This document shows, piece after piece, positions 1 through 17,319 of a stretch of DNA of 64,000 nt (positions are counted from its first letter, which is position 1; every line of letters starts with the position of its first letter). Source of the stretch: Fimbriosthenelais zetlandica (Eukaryota); assembly GCA_977030845.1 (NCBI GenBank), contig OZ365118.1:8370001-8434000 (forward strand), given 5' to 3'. The notes under the pieces were generated by a model. The model was not told where the DNA came from and did not search any database. It worked only from the letters and a program-made list of their open reading frames with translations. The position numbers and the translations under genes are program-made.

Positions 1-40
1 TGGTGGACAACCGTAATATATTTCTGTCATTTTAACACAG

Positions 41-2987
<2,947 letters not shown>

Positions 2988-3543
2988 TCCCTGCCAATAG
3001 GTTTTTAAAAATAAAATTTAATGGAAACTTACTCCATGTGTTTGGCTTTTGTATGGGTTTTTATGGTACTTTTTGATGAAGAGATCTTGGTTCCTGAAAT
3101 GTTACATCTCTTACTTGTGTTTTGATTTTTGATTTGCAAGGAATTGTAGATTTTTCCCCCAAGATTTTGAGATCGCTAAACGTACTTCATAAATCCGGAC
3201 TTCCTGGACCTAAAAAAACATATGAGGCACAATAGTCAATTATGTCATAACTAAAAATATATTTCAAAATTAATTTTAGAATTTACTAGCTCGTCTTCAT
3301 TGGGAAATATTCAGTCATAGGAGGATTTGGAATCTAATTTTTTAAAACTTTTAACACCTTTTCCATTTACCATATAATAGTTCCAATTTTTTTTAGAGAA
3401 ATATCCATCTAGAATTACAAAGTAAATTTCCACTTATTCTAATTTTAAATGGAAATATATTTCAAATGCAGAAGATATAGATATGTTCACAGAAATCCAG
3501 ATAAATATTAACTTTGTGGGGGGTAATTTTTGAGGATCGAATC

Positions 3544-3612
3544 TCGAGTTGACTATCTGTTAATAACCTCTCGGCGTTCTGCCTCGAGGTTAATAACAGG
3601 TAGTCAATTCGG
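3544..3612. repeat. Imperfect inverted repeat (about 27-bp arms) between the convergent SPATA5 and SLC10A7 stops
   Basis: TCGAGTTGACTATCTGTTAATAACCTC ... GAGGTTAATAACAGGTAGTCAATTCGG. Confidence 0.7.
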
Positions 3613-3721
3613 GCTGCACTCTTACCTGGTCTAACCACATGTACATGAACATGCTGTGATTGGGCAGACTTCATGGCAGTGCATTATGGTCACAATAATC
3701 CACCGTTTTTTGAAGAAATAA

Positions 3722-6700
3722 TCAACGGAGACCACCAAAGCAGTGTACTAAAGAATAATAGACAACACCATACCTGGGTGTTGGAGAGGAATGCATCCAT
3801 TGCCTGACGGTGGGTACTAGCAGACTACCCAGTAAGATCTGTGTAGGGTGGTAGACTAGTAGAGGCATGGAGAGCACTGACAGCTCCGGGTCGTCAGCGA
3901 ACACTATCTTTAACATGGGTATACCTAGAAAATTATATCAAAGATCTATATATTTGATAAAAAAAAAATAATAATGAATATTTCTCTGATATATACGAAT
4001 ATGGATGGACTACAATGAGTCTCGTGTGGTGGCACCTATACTAGTGGCCACCTATGTCCGCCGTGGCAGCGCCTCCCACACAGTAGGGTCTTCAGGCCAT
4101 TTTTAAAGAATAGCGATACGAATGAATGCGATAGCTCAAATGAAAGATCTCCTCCAGAGCAGCTCGAAACAGTTTATTATTTTGTGAAAGTATTTCTTGT
4201 TCAAAAGTCATGGTCATTTTTATCTCTTAAAAATGGGCTGTCTGTGAGACAATTTCTCCATAGAGAAAGCACCTCTCAGATGGCACAATTTTCACAAATA
4301 CAAAACTGGACAGACTCACAACGCATTTTTCATTGACTTTCACAAATCACTGAAACAAATTATTTCCTCTTACTTACCCAGTGTCAATGATTTATGAGTT
4401 GTACAGAAGAGAGCAGCCACGATGTCCTCCGGCATGAAGCTGAACTCTGGTCGACTTGATAACCAAAATGTGGTCGCCAGCAGGCAGCATTGTACAGCAA
4501 TAACTGCCGGGTACAAGACATTTATATTTTGGTTATTTTTCTAAATTATTTTTGTAAGACAAATTAACATGGACACTTGGCACTCATCAATAAGAGGATA
4601 GTGCTAGGATTAGTCAGCCTGTTATCAGTTAAAATGTGACTGGGTGAGGTATCATGTCATGTGGCTGCGACATGATACCTCAGTGAGGCAGCACTATAAA
4701 AGAGCATGTAGGGCTGTCTGTCACAAGCAGGCACCGTCATGATATAACTGAAAAAATGTTTGAAAGTGACGTTCAACAACGATACAATCACAATATCCCA
4801 GTTAGCAGCACTGGGTGGAGTTCGGACCATGGCACATTTGGTGAATGCTTGAATACTATAGGGTTACATAATTATACTCACTGAGAAAGACGACAGTAAG
4901 AAGACCCAGCTCATCAATAGTGACGTCATCGTGGGAGAATGTATCACAGAAAGTCGTGTATATAATCAGCAGCAAAATCACACTGTTAATAAAGACATTT
5001 TAAAAATTAGTGAAATCATAATCGACCAGGAATCCGAAATGAATCCTGCAACTGGAAATGCCAACAAAAGTTTAGCAGTTTTTCTTAAAGTTCATGTTTG
5101 ATTTGATTGGTGCTTTATTACGTCTCAGTTTGAGTCAAGGAGTAGGTCTATGTCCTCGGGATGACCAAAACAAAAATATCTTAATATGTACATGTACCCC
5201 GATGTGTCCTAAAAATAATTTTTCTGAAATCCCGTCGGATTAATAATTATGGTTCCCTGTATTTTCTAATCCCCTGAATTCTGGAGGTGGCCGGGTTGGT
5301 GGGAGAGGGAGGGGGGGCACATTGACTGGTGCATTACTGGTAAAGGCAGCAATGGTCCTCTCACCATATTAACTTGGGATATTAGGACCTTTTCCAGCAG
5401 AAAAGACTTTAATTATTAAAATGTTATTCGTACCTGCTGATTGTTCCATAAGGGAGATTCCATCGGTAGAGATGATACTTAAATGCTGATCTACCCATCT
5501 GTCCTATCACTAGAGGTATAACCACTGTGGCAGTCAGCTGGCCAAATACCGTACTGAAAGGCACAGCACTTGATGACCCGAGCTGCAAAATAATTACATA
5601 TTACAAAAAAAAAAAAAATAACTATAACCAAAAGGAATGGACCTGAGTACAAATTCTTTCTGAATCCACTTCCCCAAAAGGGGTAGGGTAGTTGAGAAAA
5701 AAAAATGGACCTGAGAAAAGTTAAACATTTCAGTTTGAAAAAAAATAGATTCATGGGATGATATATACATATAATAGAACCAGAGTGCAATACAGGACAA
5801 ATTATGGCACTCTGATGCCAATATCAGACTCCTATGTTAAGGCTATGGGAGATCAGTATCAGGGGTATAATAAAAGGCTGAAAGACACTATTTTAGACCG
5901 GTAAGTTTCTTTAACAAAATATGGCAATGAATACTTACAAAATATAGTAGCCACAGTGGAGTTATCACAATACCCTGGAACAAGTCAAAGTATACACGTA
6001 TTTTACCAATACGTCCTTTCTAACAATCTAATAGACTATATGAATCATGAATCTAAATTACAATTTAAAGAAATCAACATATATCATACTTACAAGGAAA
6101 CTTCCGAACGCAGAATTAAAAATGGCAGCTGCCTGAAAAAAAAAAAAAAAAAGGAAAAATCATATTTAATTCCAATACATTGATTTTTCTGAAAATTCGT
6201 ATTTTCTAATTTTACTTAAAAGTAACTCACTTCATTGCCACCGACAGATTTAGTTAATATAACTGCTGAGGATACGGGAGGAGGCATGCAACCAACCACA
6301 ATAAAACTGGAAACAAGAAATAGTAGGCCCTATATAGTAATGCAACTAGATTTGGCATATCTAATTATTGGGTGCTATTATTATTTATTCAATCATATTC
6401 ACTTAAAATTATATCAATCATTTTAATGAAATTAGTAACGAGATTATACAGTAAAATCTCCACTAGTGAACACCTCAGGAAAAGGAACACCTCTGAATAT
6501 AGTCTCAAATTAGTGAACAGAAAACTATACACAAGTTCCTGTGTACGGGCCCTCGATTAATAAAATAGTGAATACTTTTTCAGTCCCTAAAGTTTTAGTC
6601 AAATGGAGGTTTTACTGTAAATTTTCTGTTGTATTAAACAAAACACTTGTTAGTTCATTCTTCAGGAATTTTTATATAATAAATTAAATAGTTAGGACTA

Positions 6701-7763
6701 TATTAATAAAGGATGACGGTTCATTAAATTCATTAAATTTATTAATAATATAATACTTTTCTCATGAATTGTTTGTGAATAATAAAATCTGAGGTACTGA
6801 CCCATTTACTAGCCATGGATCCATGGCTACCGTCCTGTCTAGGACAGATGACAGCATCCAGAAAAGACAGGGTATGATGGCCAGAGAAAACACCTGAATA
6901 TAGGCGTGTAGGGACCAATGTGTTAATGCTTTGGCCAAATCCTGAAAGACAGAAATAGGTGAAAAGAATTCCTCTTAAGGTAATTTATTCCCCTAAATAT
7001 TGTTAATCCATAGGATTAGTATAGGTGGAAAATATGGAGTCGGGAGGGACATATTATGTTCAGTATTTGCCCTAGGGAAATACTAGTTGACCTAGGTTCC
7101 TGTAACATTAATTCACAATGGGAATACAATTATTTTGGGGGTATTTTTTGTTGGCTGGGGTGGAATAGATATAGACCTGCCCTCGGTAAGTTCTATCCAT
7201 TTCCTACGAGACAACATGTACATTTTTCGGCCTGTTTATTGCAGATTACATGTAGTTGAGTTGTCGTTGTCTTGCCACAGTGTATAATAAAGGCCTTTAG
7301 CTTTAATAAGGTCTACCACAGGCCTTCTATGCGAGTAGGCCTTGACAAGTTGTGGCATCTCTGACTGATCCTTACCTCAGTCCTAAGTGAGAGGCCACTA
7401 TTGAGGAAAATAATAGACACTGCCACATATTTGATTGTTATTTCGGGAAGTAATGGACCTGAAAATATAAAAAAGAAAAACAATGTTTAGCGGCTTTAAA
7501 ATTAACCTTAATGATCATAGCTATAGAGGATCTGGATCCATTTTATTTTATAAAACGAACAAGTAGACAATAAATAGGCCTAATGATAATCAAACAGTAG
7601 GGTAATCCAAGTCTATAGTAATATGGAGTTTTCTATGCCTAGCCTATAGTCTATACTCACCCCCAGAAGCACCAATATGAGGTTGAAGATGGGCTAAGAT
7701 GATTACTATAATTATACCCAATATGAACCAATTCTTTCGTAATGTGCGCTTGAGGACCTCCAT
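3722..7763 (-). CDS. SLC10A7: Sodium/bile acid cotransporter 7; exons 7661-7763, 7376-7458, 6802-6941, 6231-6306, 6094-6132, 5939-5974, 5434-5582, 4882-4982, 4378-4503, 3722-3924 (3' end uncertain)
   Basis: The spliced ORF reads [18 protein letters not shown]..., [104 protein letters not shown]. These are hallmark SLC10A7 motifs and the phases are consistent. Confidence 0.92.
4576..4790 (+). mobile_element. tRNA-derived SINE copy (head missing; core and tail present)
   Basis: It shares GACTGGGTGAGGTATCATG...GATACCTCAGTGAGGCAGCACTATAAAAGAGC...GGCACCGTCATGATATAACTGAAAAA...GAAAGTGACGTT with the copies near 23.4k, 37.6k, 40.7k, 45.2k and 60.0k. Confidence 0.85.
6447..6619. mobile_element. Tc1/mariner (pogo/Tigger-like) MITE
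   Basis: TA|CAGTAAAATCTCCA ... TGGAGGTTTTACTG|TA, with TA on both sides. Related pieces lie near 22.9k, 29.6k, 33.5k, 47.5k and 53.5k. Confidence 0.75.
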
Positions 7764-8375
7764 TCTGAGATTTCTCTTCGAAATGATGCCTAGATGTCAA
7801 ACGATCCTGCAACAGAAACAGTCTATGAATCATTGTTGACACTATGTTACTGCTAGTGTTAATAGCAGTGTTACCATTAGGGTTACTAACCCTAATGCCA
7901 TGGTAATATTTATAAGCAGTCGATCTATACATTACCATTAGCCTACGGTACTGAGGCATTAGGGACCTGGGTTACTGACCCTACATGGTGATGGACCCTA
8001 TAATTATTATATACATGTATGTATAGAAATATCCCCCCAACCCCTTTATGACCATGTTCATCTATAGGGAATACATAGGGAATACTAATATAGGGAAAAA
8101 ATATGCAGTCGGGAGGGACATATCATGTCCAGTATTTCCCTGACCCTCTGTGTGGCTGTAGGCCTAACATTATTTTGCATAGAATGATTGTTGACTTGAG
8201 GTATTTTTTGTTGGTTGGGATGGATGCTCTGTCTAGTCAGGTAGGCTAGGTGGTAGGCCCCTGGCACTTCGGCCAGTTCAGGTGGACGCCCTCGGGACAC
8301 CTCCACCCTCAACCATGGGACATACCACCGACCTGCCCTCGGTCGGTTCTATCTATATTCCTATAGGTCAGGCAC
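7020..8375. repeat. Two copies of a dispersed repeat (about 7020-7225 and 8062-8375)
   Basis: Both share AAAATATG(G/C)AGTCGGGAGGGACATAT(T/C)ATGT(T/C)CAGTATTT and GACCTGCCCTCGGT..GTTCTATC.AT in the same orientation. Confidence 0.7.
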
Positions 8376-8714
8376 GAACTGATTAGGGATTGGGCCTTGG
8401 CTTGGACCCTGCGAACAGAAATACCATTTAGCAATTTTAGCAATGGTAATCATAATCATGTACTATGTAGCCTATCGGAATCAAGACAATATCATGGGCT
8501 CCTTACCCCTGCTGGAACACACAGGGGTGGATATTATAAAGATTAGTACCGTAATAGATATGCTATTTTGGCAAAAACCTCACTGAAACAGAGGAAACCT
8601 ACGAATGACAGACAAAGAGTAAACCCTCTTGCTTCTTTCTATCTTACAACAACTTCAAAGACTTACGTACATTCTTCACATTTCCACTAAAACACCAACA
8701 TCTCCCTTCAGCAG

Positions 8715-9173
8715 TACGCCACTAGATGGGCGCCGCCATCTTTGTTTTGGTAAGGCCCTTCCTTTCTTTTTTTCCTCCCGCACGGTGGAAATATGCGATG
8801 GTGCTACCACCTAGTGAACATAACGAACCGTAATTTAGCTTATTTTTAAGTGGCGCCCATTAGCGGATGATAGCGGCACTAGACATTAAAATCTCCCGCC
8901 AGACTCGTGACTGCGGGATGAGTATACCACTAAATGAAACATTTTGCACCATAAATAATCGATTTAAAATATTTTATTACTTGTAATTTACTTTAAAAAT
9001 ATTAATTTTAATTTTATAATTCCCTGTGCCATTTTGACCTCAATGGGAAAACCAATTATTTACACTCTCTCATTTACTGCGGAATAACCCGGTTCAAGCT
9101 TCTTTGTGCGCCATTTCTCATTTCCCGGGAGTAGACTGTCCTAGCGTCATCGGAAAACCCCTACCATTCCATC
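8715..9173. promoter_or_regulatory. Probable shared promoter region of divergent SLC10A7 and SUMO
   Basis: CpG-richer segment with a YY1-type GCCGCCATCTTT at 8732-8743 and CTCF-like CCACTAGATGGG and CACTAGGTGGTAGCAC (minus). It lies between two divergent start codons. Confidence 0.45.
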
Positions 9174-11141
9174 ATGTCCGACGATAAAAAGGTAAGGCCT
9201 AGATATTCATGATCTGTAAACTCTTAAGCTTGTATATATTGAAGAAAGTGTTTATTTCGATCAATAGTTACACTGTCTCATGTGGTTTAACTGCAATGAT
9301 GATATTCGCCGGTTCCCTTGCCGCTTTATAATATCCTAACCCACGCCGTACTTCATGTACTTGTTCCCACCCTTTGTACGTTAACATCAAGTTACAATTA
9401 ACTCATAATTCCCCAATCTTCATCTGAGAAACACAATGTAGAAGTGGTCATGGTATCTTGAGACATTACCGTCGTAAATCGGTTAGATCCTACGTGGAAA
9501 GATGTAATCGTAGACGAGTCGTTGGGCCCATCACCACGCGGGCGTTTTGAACAGGAAATGCAGGGTTGGGCGGGGGTTTCAATTGAATTCTGAAGTAACA
9601 ATATTTTTTATTTTCCGTCAGATGGTTTCCATGTAATGAAGTAGATTTATAAGTTGGACGAGTACTGTGAACATAGATAATGTATATAAGATATCTAGGT
9701 TAAAATAGTGAACAGACATTCCTCCCTCTAAACTAAAGGCTATGATGATATAGGCCTATTATTAGGCCTATACTATAGGCTAACTTTATAAGGCAGGGAA
9801 GAACCCCAAGGCAAAGGCAACGAAATGGATTGTCCCGCAATTCAAGTCCATTCTATTTCGTCTTCCTGTTCAGTGTTGTTACCAGTCCTTCTAGTTAGTG
9901 TGTGCGAGTAGACTAGATCTAGTTCTGGATCTCATAGTCGTACAGTACTAGACAATGGTAGAAAGCTGCCCATCTTCGACTTGTGTAGTTAGCTGATCTT
10001 AGCTTAACCGTTTAACTTTAATTGCTAAATAAGATGTGAAATTATTAGGTCTATAGTCTCCACAGCTCTTCTTCTTCGCTTTGTCTGGTAGACCTTTCTT
10101 TGTCCCTAGGGCTAGGCAGCAGGCTATTTGGGCATATTGTCTGCATCTAGTTTTTTAAAGCTTGTGTTATGTTGTTGGATATTAATTATGTTATTTCTTC
10201 TCATTTTAAAGCCTGAGGGAAGCACTGAACACATCAACCTGCGGGTGATTGGTCAGGATGGACAAGTTGTCCACTTTAAAATCAAGAAAAATACTCCACT
10301 CCGCAAACTGATGACAGCCTTCTGTGAGAGGACTGTAAGTGTATCTTTGTTTTACATACCTTTACTTAAATCTGAAATTTACTCAAATATTTCTAAGTAA
10401 TGGGTCATACAATGTACAAAAGTAACAACCAGAAATTTAGCTGAGTGAAAATTTGAATAATTTCTCTTTATGATCCCCCCACCCCCATTATTTTGCTCTG
10501 ATTAATAACGAGAACCTTGGTGTTTCTTTTTCAGCAACTTCGCCTGGAGTCCTTGAGGTTTAGATTTGATGGGCAGCCAATAAATGAGACTGACACACCT
10601 TTACAGGTAAGATACCTTTCCTGTAACGATAATGTTGGAATCATTTAATGTAAATAGGACTTTAAAGTATTGAAAGAAAACCTGTAATAATATCCAGATT
10701 ATTCTATCTAATTCCGGGCCATACTTACCACTGAGTCCTTGATACGATCAGAAAATAGAGATTTTGGAATTTAAAATTAACGATATCATATGGTAACACC
10801 CCAGAATTTATAGTAAAGACTTTTTCACAGTTCTCGAGGACTTGTATATTATATACAGGGTTCCCAGCGACTCTAGAAATCGGGGAAACCCTGGAAAATG
10901 AGTTTCACTTTTTCCAGATAGGGAAAACTCCGGGAATTCCATCTCCTGGAATTTATATAGGGCTAGCTTTGCCCTGTGGCCTGTCCCCACAATTATTTCC
11001 TTCCTCTACACACATTTTACTGTACGTCCCCGAGTTCTTAATACATATTCATGCACTGTTCCTTTCTTTTCCTCACAGCTTGAGATGGAAGATGGTGACT
11101 CCATAGATGTCTTTCAACAACAGACCGGAGGATTACGATAA
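9174..11141 (+). CDS. SUMO: Small ubiquitin-like modifier (SUMO2/3/Smt3-type), 91 aa; exons 9174-9191, 10212-10334, 10535-10606, 11079-11141
   Basis: MSDDKK|[41 protein letters not shown]|[24 protein letters not shown]|[20 protein letters not shown]. It ends in the QQTGG diglycine motif followed by a 2-aa propeptide. Confidence 0.96.
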
Positions 11142-13697
11142 AGGGAGATTTATAACCTACAGTAATATTGTGTAATTGTGGAACTTTAAATGAGCGTAAG
11201 GAAAATCATGGCTTCGCTGTACTCGCCAAATTTTTGGGAAGAAAGTGACAAAGAAAAGAGACTTGAGTTCTGCTCGACATGGAGGGATATGTGACGAATA
11301 GGAGTGGGATCCAACCATGTCCGAGCTAACAATATTTCTTGAAGTTGACATGTGTCTATCCGGTTTTTGGAGAAGGAGAAAAAAAAATATCTACATCAGC
11401 TCTCCCAGTGAATCTTGAATTTATGGATTTCTTTAATTTTTTGGCCCATATAACATAGGGCACTCGTGAACCCTTTTACATCCGGCAACTTCCCCGGGAA
11501 TTATTTCTTTTCGGGGTTTCACGAGGATGTCAGTTGTACCAGTGAAGCTATATTATAAATATCAAAATATTTATATTGGTTTCACCTCAATAATAAATAG
11601 CTGCAAGATGATACATTTTAAGACGAAAAAATATATATATGCGCTATTGAATCTGTAACTTTACATTTCTTTCGAAATGCACCGACTTTGTAATCGAAGC
11701 TTTTTTTAACAAAAAAAAGTCCATCCATTGGGAGGGCTGGTTTATTTATGTTTGAGATCTATTATACATGTTTAAATTTATTATTTCAAAAAAAAATATA
11801 TATAACAGGACTCGTATGTAATCTTTGGGAAGGTTCTGGATAATTTTCCATTGTCTCGACTCGTGGCCGGAGTTATGTCTAGCTCTGTCTAACCTTTCAA
11901 TAATGTAATAATTGTAAATTATTTTTTTTAAAATCTAAACGAACTGTTCACATCTCTCTGCTGTACATAGCTTACCAAGAGGGATTGTGTTTAAACATCA
12001 AGTGATGAGTAAAAAAAAAAAAGTTGTTTTTAATATTCGGATCTTTAAATTTCTTTTGCATAATTTCGGTCCTTTTCTCAAAGGATCTTAACTGTTGTGT
12101 TAAATGCCAGTTGTAAAATTTGCATATTCTCATACCCAGTGACCGATAACATATTGGTGAATCCTGCCTAGTTACCAATCTAGAAATTGTACCGTACGCT
12201 TGTGTGTCAGTATAATGCATTTTAATTATGGGGAAGTCAAAAATAGATTATTTTCATGTATTGGTTGTGTTTAAACATGGGACCCAGCTCTGTAGACTCC
12301 GGTGTGTTTTTAAGAAAAAGAACGAAGGAAGAGAAGACATTTTCTTATTCTAGCTGGAGATGGAGGGGTGTTTAAATACATTACAGATAGGTGGGGGGGT
12401 TTAGTGGAGAAGACTTCTGTATGGAACCATTGAGATCTACCAAGAAAAGTGCTCGTATAACACTTATTTTAAAGTAAATGTTATCGATGTAGATGATACT
12501 ATGTGTAATAAAGACATTTTCTTAAAAATCATTGTATGTCGTGAAATTATACTTTTCAGAAGCTTATTTCCTAACTACCGTATTTGCCGGTGTAAATTAG
12601 TTTGCACCCTCTGGGCGCTCAGGATAAAAAAACATGCTGCGGCTTTGTATATAACTATTTAAAAATCCCGTCGTTGTATTTTCTGGAAAAAAAGTTGCGG
12701 TTGCCACACAAGTCGGAAAAAAAATCTTTTCCTGGACTCGTGAAATTTTTCCAGGTAGACTAGTATTACCATATATCCCATCGCAAAATAGGGGAGAAAG
12801 GCAATCAAAAATATGCTTTACAAAAAATTCCCTGACCTTTAAAGATGTGCATATTCCCCTGACTTTTCAAGTTGTGTGGCAAACCTCAAGTAAAATGCTC
12901 CAACGGTTGCCTTTTTATCGAAGAAAAATTTCTCCCAAAGTTAAATAGATTGTCACAATTAGCTATCTGAAGGTAACTATCTTAAATTTAAATCCATGAT
13001 TGCACAAGAGTCACACAGAAAGTCCATGTTTAAGTATTTGTCCAAGAATTACTGTTTAATTCCAAAGTTACAAGGACATTGAGAATTAGTACAATATCAA
13101 ACAATTTAAATCATTAGTCCAAAGAAAAGAGAACCTGTCTGATGCTACATCATCTGACAATAACGTCCATGGATGAATGACCTGCCAAATGACAATAGAA
13201 CTAACTTATAAAGTTTACCATGTAAGCTTCTTTTCCTCTTTCTACGCTAATAAAGGCGCAAAGTTGGCAACCACGGCCCCAACTACCGCCAATCAAGAAA
13301 GGAATTTCCAAAACTATCAGCCAATAAGCACAGAAAACACAACAGTTTCATTCTAGCGGAAATATCCTTCATAATGGTCCAAACAATAGGCGTACATACA
13401 TAGCACTCAGTGTTCAGACATTCTGCATAAATTAAAAGGCCACAAATACGACATTTTTTCCTTCCTAATTATAAGTACAGTGATCTAGCATTTAATACAA
13501 ACACAACCTTTTAGATGCGGGCAAAAGAAGAAAATTTCACGATTCAATTGTTCATGTCATATTATTTTACCGTAGAAAGATGTGATAGCATTATTTGGGC
13601 AAATTTACAGCTTTTCAGAATCATTATCAATACATGTAATTGTATGATTCTCTTGATTGTTAGGAAATGGTACATGTCTCAAAGCTAATTATCCCGA

Positions 13698-14010
13698 AAT
13701 GAACAATTACTTAAATGATAGAACACAACCTTTCACTAAAAACGAGAAAATCCTTAAATCTAAAGTACAAATGAATATTATAGATGAAAAAAAACTAATC
13801 GCTCTTTCGTAATGAACAATTACTTGGTCCAAAAATAAGAGCACAACCTTGTTGTAGTAAACATAAAACAAAATATTACTTTCAAACTCACTTTAAATAT
13901 TTAACAACAAAAAATGCATTCGTCGAAATAATTTGATCAGAAGAAAAATGGCAGGGCACAACCTTGCACTAAACTCAAAAGAATATTCCTTACTTTCAAA
14001 GTACAAATTG
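13698..14010. repeat. Degenerate tandem repeat (about 115-bp period)
   Basis: AATGAACAATTACTT at about 13698 and 13811; CACAACCTT at about 13725, 13843 and 13958; AAAGTACAAAT at about 13761 and 13998. Confidence 0.55.
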
Positions 14011-14991
14011 ACAAACTAAGCGAGATTGGTCTTGGATACACATTTTTTGGGCGAAAAATTGTAGATAATTCTCTTAAAGGAAACCCCCTTTCTTTCGACA
14101 CTTCTTTTCTCGAAGTTATATCCCGATAATAATATTGGTAACAAATCAGACCTCTAACCAACAAGGATCAAATAAATACCAGAACAAAATGGCTAGCGAT
14201 GTTATATATAACACAATACAGCCGTATATAATATATATACTATATATAATATATATCTATACAAGAAAGAACAAATGATAAATGATGCTTGAGGGACAAT
14301 AAGCATTTCCAACAGATCTATCCCTCGCCTTTCAGAAGCGCCCCACCCCGACCCCACTTTTCAACGCGCCCATGATAAGATTTTTTTTATGGTAGAGAAC
14401 TCCCGACTAGTAGCCATCTACCGAACCCTAGCTACAACACTGAACCTTATGAAACTCCACTGGATGATGGTGAAATATGTGAAAGTGAAAACACATTCAT
14501 TACCTTTGTTTTATGTACATGGGATAATTTCTGAATGATTAAAGAGTTTTTGCCCGATGGTGGAAGGGACTAATATTATGTCCCAGGGTTTTGGGGTGGT
14601 TTCCATGGCATCGGGGCTATAGCTCTAGTTTAATATTATTGGCAGTTGAGACTGGATACATTCAAAACACACGATGGACGATCATATGTAAACCCTCATT
14701 GACAAAATACAAAAGTGACAAAATATTATCCAGTCAGGAACACACTAACACAAGACAATCAAACAAAAGACAGATTTTTTTATAATATTAATCAATCAAG
14801 TTTTCGTTACTCACTGCCAGTCTGGTAAAATATTAAAGAATTATAACTATGAATTAGAATCATAAACAAAATATTTTCAAATAGAAAGTCTGTCAGTTGT
14901 TTGTATGTTGGGTTATTGCTTCCCTAACTTTCCTCTAGTTACTCCGTTAATCAACTACTTTTAAATATACATACATGTACAGACAACAATA

Positions 14992-15175
14992 AGGGCTAGA
15001 TCTACTGTGGTCGTAAGGACTTGCGACAGCCTTAAGACGTCCCTTAAGACAGGACTACGAGAATAGCTCCTCATGTTTCTCTATATTGTCTGTATTCAGA
15101 CAACTGTGGAAACCTGTGTTAAGACCGTATTAAGATTCGTCTTAAACCCGTAAGATTTCAGTGGACCTTAGCCCT
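14992..15175. mobile_element. MITE-like element
   Basis: Imperfect TIR AGGGCTAGATCTACTG ... CAGTGGACCTTAGCCCT, with internal repeated TTAAGAC motifs. Confidence 0.5.
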
Positions 15176-16341
15176 AAGACACTGTTGACAAAACAATAAT
15201 TATAGTAAGGCTATATGTAGTACAACTATACAAAACGCTCATATAACTCAACAACTAATTTTGAAGGATTTCTGTTTCAACAACTTGACTTGAGAACCTT
15301 TTTTCCAAGCAAAGAAAAAATCTTTAAAACTATTTTTGATCGTAAAGGCAAGAGGGTAGAATTTCTTGGACTATTTACATTGAAAATTACATGAAAATAC
15401 ATCAATTAATTATGGTCAACGATCTTAACAATTTTCTTTTGGTTGGCATTAACGATTTTTTTCCATAAATGGAACTCCTGTATTCCCGAACAACAACTAT
15501 TATCTGGATGCTAGGATAAGCGCATTTCTTTGCCTGCAATAATTTGAAAACAATTTTGTGAAAATCAACGAGGGTAAAATCTGCTGCCATGAAGATTATA
15601 GCACCTTAAATACAAAGAGGCAAAATTTGGATGAATGTAAATAATCTTTTCCCATTGTCGATAATAACTTCAACTCATCGGCCACGATCGATGCTTCAAA
15701 AATAATTAAAATATAATTCCAGGGAGTTTCATATGATTTAGGGCAATTTAGAAACTTTATAAAAATTCGGGCTCCTACTTTGCTTTCAATTCAGAATGAA
15801 TGACTTAGAACGTTTGAACAACATGGCAAAATTTGGATTCATACGACGTACAAAAAGATTCCTAGCCACTCAAATATAGACATAGGAATAACTTTGGACA
15901 CAATCCATGTAAATTTCCCGGGACAAAAACCTTGCCTAGCCGAATAACAAATGTGTGCTTTGAATATTTCAAACATTAGCCTATCTGTTTTCCACAAGGC
16001 TGGGGAAAGATCCAAATACTTATCACAAATTACACTAATTGTGCGACAGATGTTAAGGCGATAGGAAACAAACAACTATCATGTATTATATAGGATTCAA
16101 AAAAGACCAAAAATGGGAAAATGTGAGCACGTCATCAAGAAACTTTTCTAACTCCCATTATTTCTTTCTTCCAAAAAGACATTTCCTTCCCGATTCTGTC
16201 CAGAGTGAAAGCCTCGTATGAAAACAATTAAATTTTGCGAAAGTTGAAAATTGGTTATTTTTTACAGTACAAAATATACTGCGATCAAGGAAAATATACC
16301 AGAATGGTGGATTAGACAGCTAAGCAATAGGATTTACAATT

Positions 16342-16502
16342 CAGGGATGCAACATAGGCAAAATTTTAAAAGTTTCGAAATATTTCTGGAGGGTTTGCAA
16401 TAAATATTAATGACCAGAAAACCTATCTGAGCCTTATTCTTTCGTATTCAGCAAAAAAAATGCTCAAAAAAATCAAAGTTTGCCTGAACGATTGCATCCC
16501 TG
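16342..16502. mobile_element. MITE-like element (CAGGG termini)
   Basis: Perfect 11-bp TIR CAGGGATGCAA ... TTGCATCCCTG; no TSD seen. Confidence 0.5.
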
Positions 16503-17319
16503 CACACTGTTGTAGTGAAGTGTAAGTGAGTGAAGTGTGAATGAATTAGCTGAAGTGTGAATCAATGCGTGGCTTTGTGAATGAAAGTCTTCCTATACAT
16601 AAACGCTCTATGTACACTCACAATTAACTAGTAATACCGAGTCAAATCATAGTGAGGATTCATTCCAATAATGAGTCAAACCGGACCTGGGCTTTTGGAA
16701 ATATTATCAATTAATAATGATAATCGTAATAATAATATCCAGAGTGTATAGATGATAAAGATTAGATAAGATACATATAGATCTATGTAATAATATATAT
16801 ACCATGGATGGATAATCCCCTATACATTGTAAGTAACTATGTATAAGACGCTCAAAAACTGATATGAACTGCCCACGCTCTTTGTGGAATATACACTTGA
16901 AATAGTTTCGTGTACTGTACAACACAAGGCAAAGAAGACTGAGCTGCCGCTAACAGCAAATGGTAGTTTGGCTCATAATACGAGCATAGCCTGTACAGCA
17001 TAACTATTCTTAGTTAAATCTTCCATTATTTTCTCCTAAAGAAAGTTATTGCTATCCTTCACGAAGATCCGCATCTGCCCACTATACACTATGAGAATGA
17101 ATACCATTGAATATATCTAAACAATACTTAACATTAAATGACACTTTTTTGTGACTTTCAAAAGCGTAGCATCAAGACATGGCACGATTCAATGCACCGT
17201 AATGACAAATAACATTAACTAGGTTAATTACCCTATATTATTATGTAATAACATGAGAATTTTTTGAATTCATACCTGTTTTTGTTTTAATCGATGAGCC
17301 CACATTTGACAGAGAGAAT

